Assembly (NCBI GenBank): GCA_013297775.1
Contig: JAAFIL010000005.1
Span: 127,377-151,376 of the forward strand
Reading direction: 5' to 3'
Length of the DNA stretch: 24,000 nt
DNA from: Bacteroidota bacterium
GTDB lineage: Bacteria > Bacteroidota > Bacteroidia > B-17B0 > Aurantibacillaceae
A program made the position numbers and the translations under genes. The notes below the pieces were generated by a model. That model worked only from the letters and a program-made list of their open reading frames with translations, had not been told where the DNA came from and made no database searches. Position 1 is the stretch's first letter. Every line of letters begins with the position of its first letter. Below, one piece after another: positions 23,854 to 24,000 of this stretch.

Positions 23854-23875
23854 TGCTATCTTTGCACATTCTAAA

Positions 23876-24000
23876 ATGAAGTGTAAAATTCATATTCTTA
23901 TTAGCTTTTATTTACTATTAACGGGGCTATTAAGTTCTTTCCATTTACATGCGCAAAAAGAAGATTTAGATTCATTACAATCTATTTTTGTTGATGTTAG
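23876..24000 (+). CDS. Partial CDS: secreted protein of unknown function (N-terminal 41 aa only)
   Basis: The frame is open from the ATG at 23876 to the window end: MKCKIHILISFYLLLTGLLSSFHLHAQKEDLDSLQSIFVDV... with a signal-peptide-like N-terminus. Confidence 0.4.
   Translation, partial: MKCKIHILISFYLLLTGLLSSFHLHAQKEDLDSLQSIFVDV

Overview
This window looks like a low-GC Bacteroidota-type chromosome: TTG/TAnnTTTG promoter boxes, a CarboxypepD_reg-type TonB-dependent receptor, and a LytS/LytTR two-component system. Left to right it contains the following.

- **1-5120:** a partial secreted peptidase gene and tRNA-Val(UAC). The 3' end and terminator of that tRNA recur three times, bracketing decayed gene fragments, a TonB-dependent receptor, a MarR-like gene, a small GIY-YIG gene and a degenerate tRNA.
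- **5151-9075 (main finding):** a divergent WYL-domain regulator with two operator-like palindromes, an Rsr/Ro60-type TROVE-vWA protein, and a 0.9 kb same-strand array of tRNA-mimicking RNAs. The array holds five units that share a 5' box. Two of these carry circularly permuted tRNA modules. Three tightly packed AT-rich tRNAs (Lys-UUU, Phe-GAA, Pro-UGG) sit between units 4 and 5.
- **9123-13154:** a 166-bp imperfect palindrome, a GC-richer hrpB helicase gene, and YjbR-like, MarR and small membrane protein genes.
- **13521-16018:** a Type II-like restriction-modification pair whose endonuclease carries an in-frame TAA.
- **16274-24000:** tRNA-Asn(GUU), a PfkB kinase, cytidine deaminase, a CDP-alcohol phosphatidyltransferase with a terminator-like leader hairpin, and an HTH / beta-propeller LytS-type kinase / LytTR regulator operon.

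I saw no rRNA, CRISPR array, integrase or transposase. All folds, alignments and family calls were made by eye from the sequence and ORF track; no searches were run.
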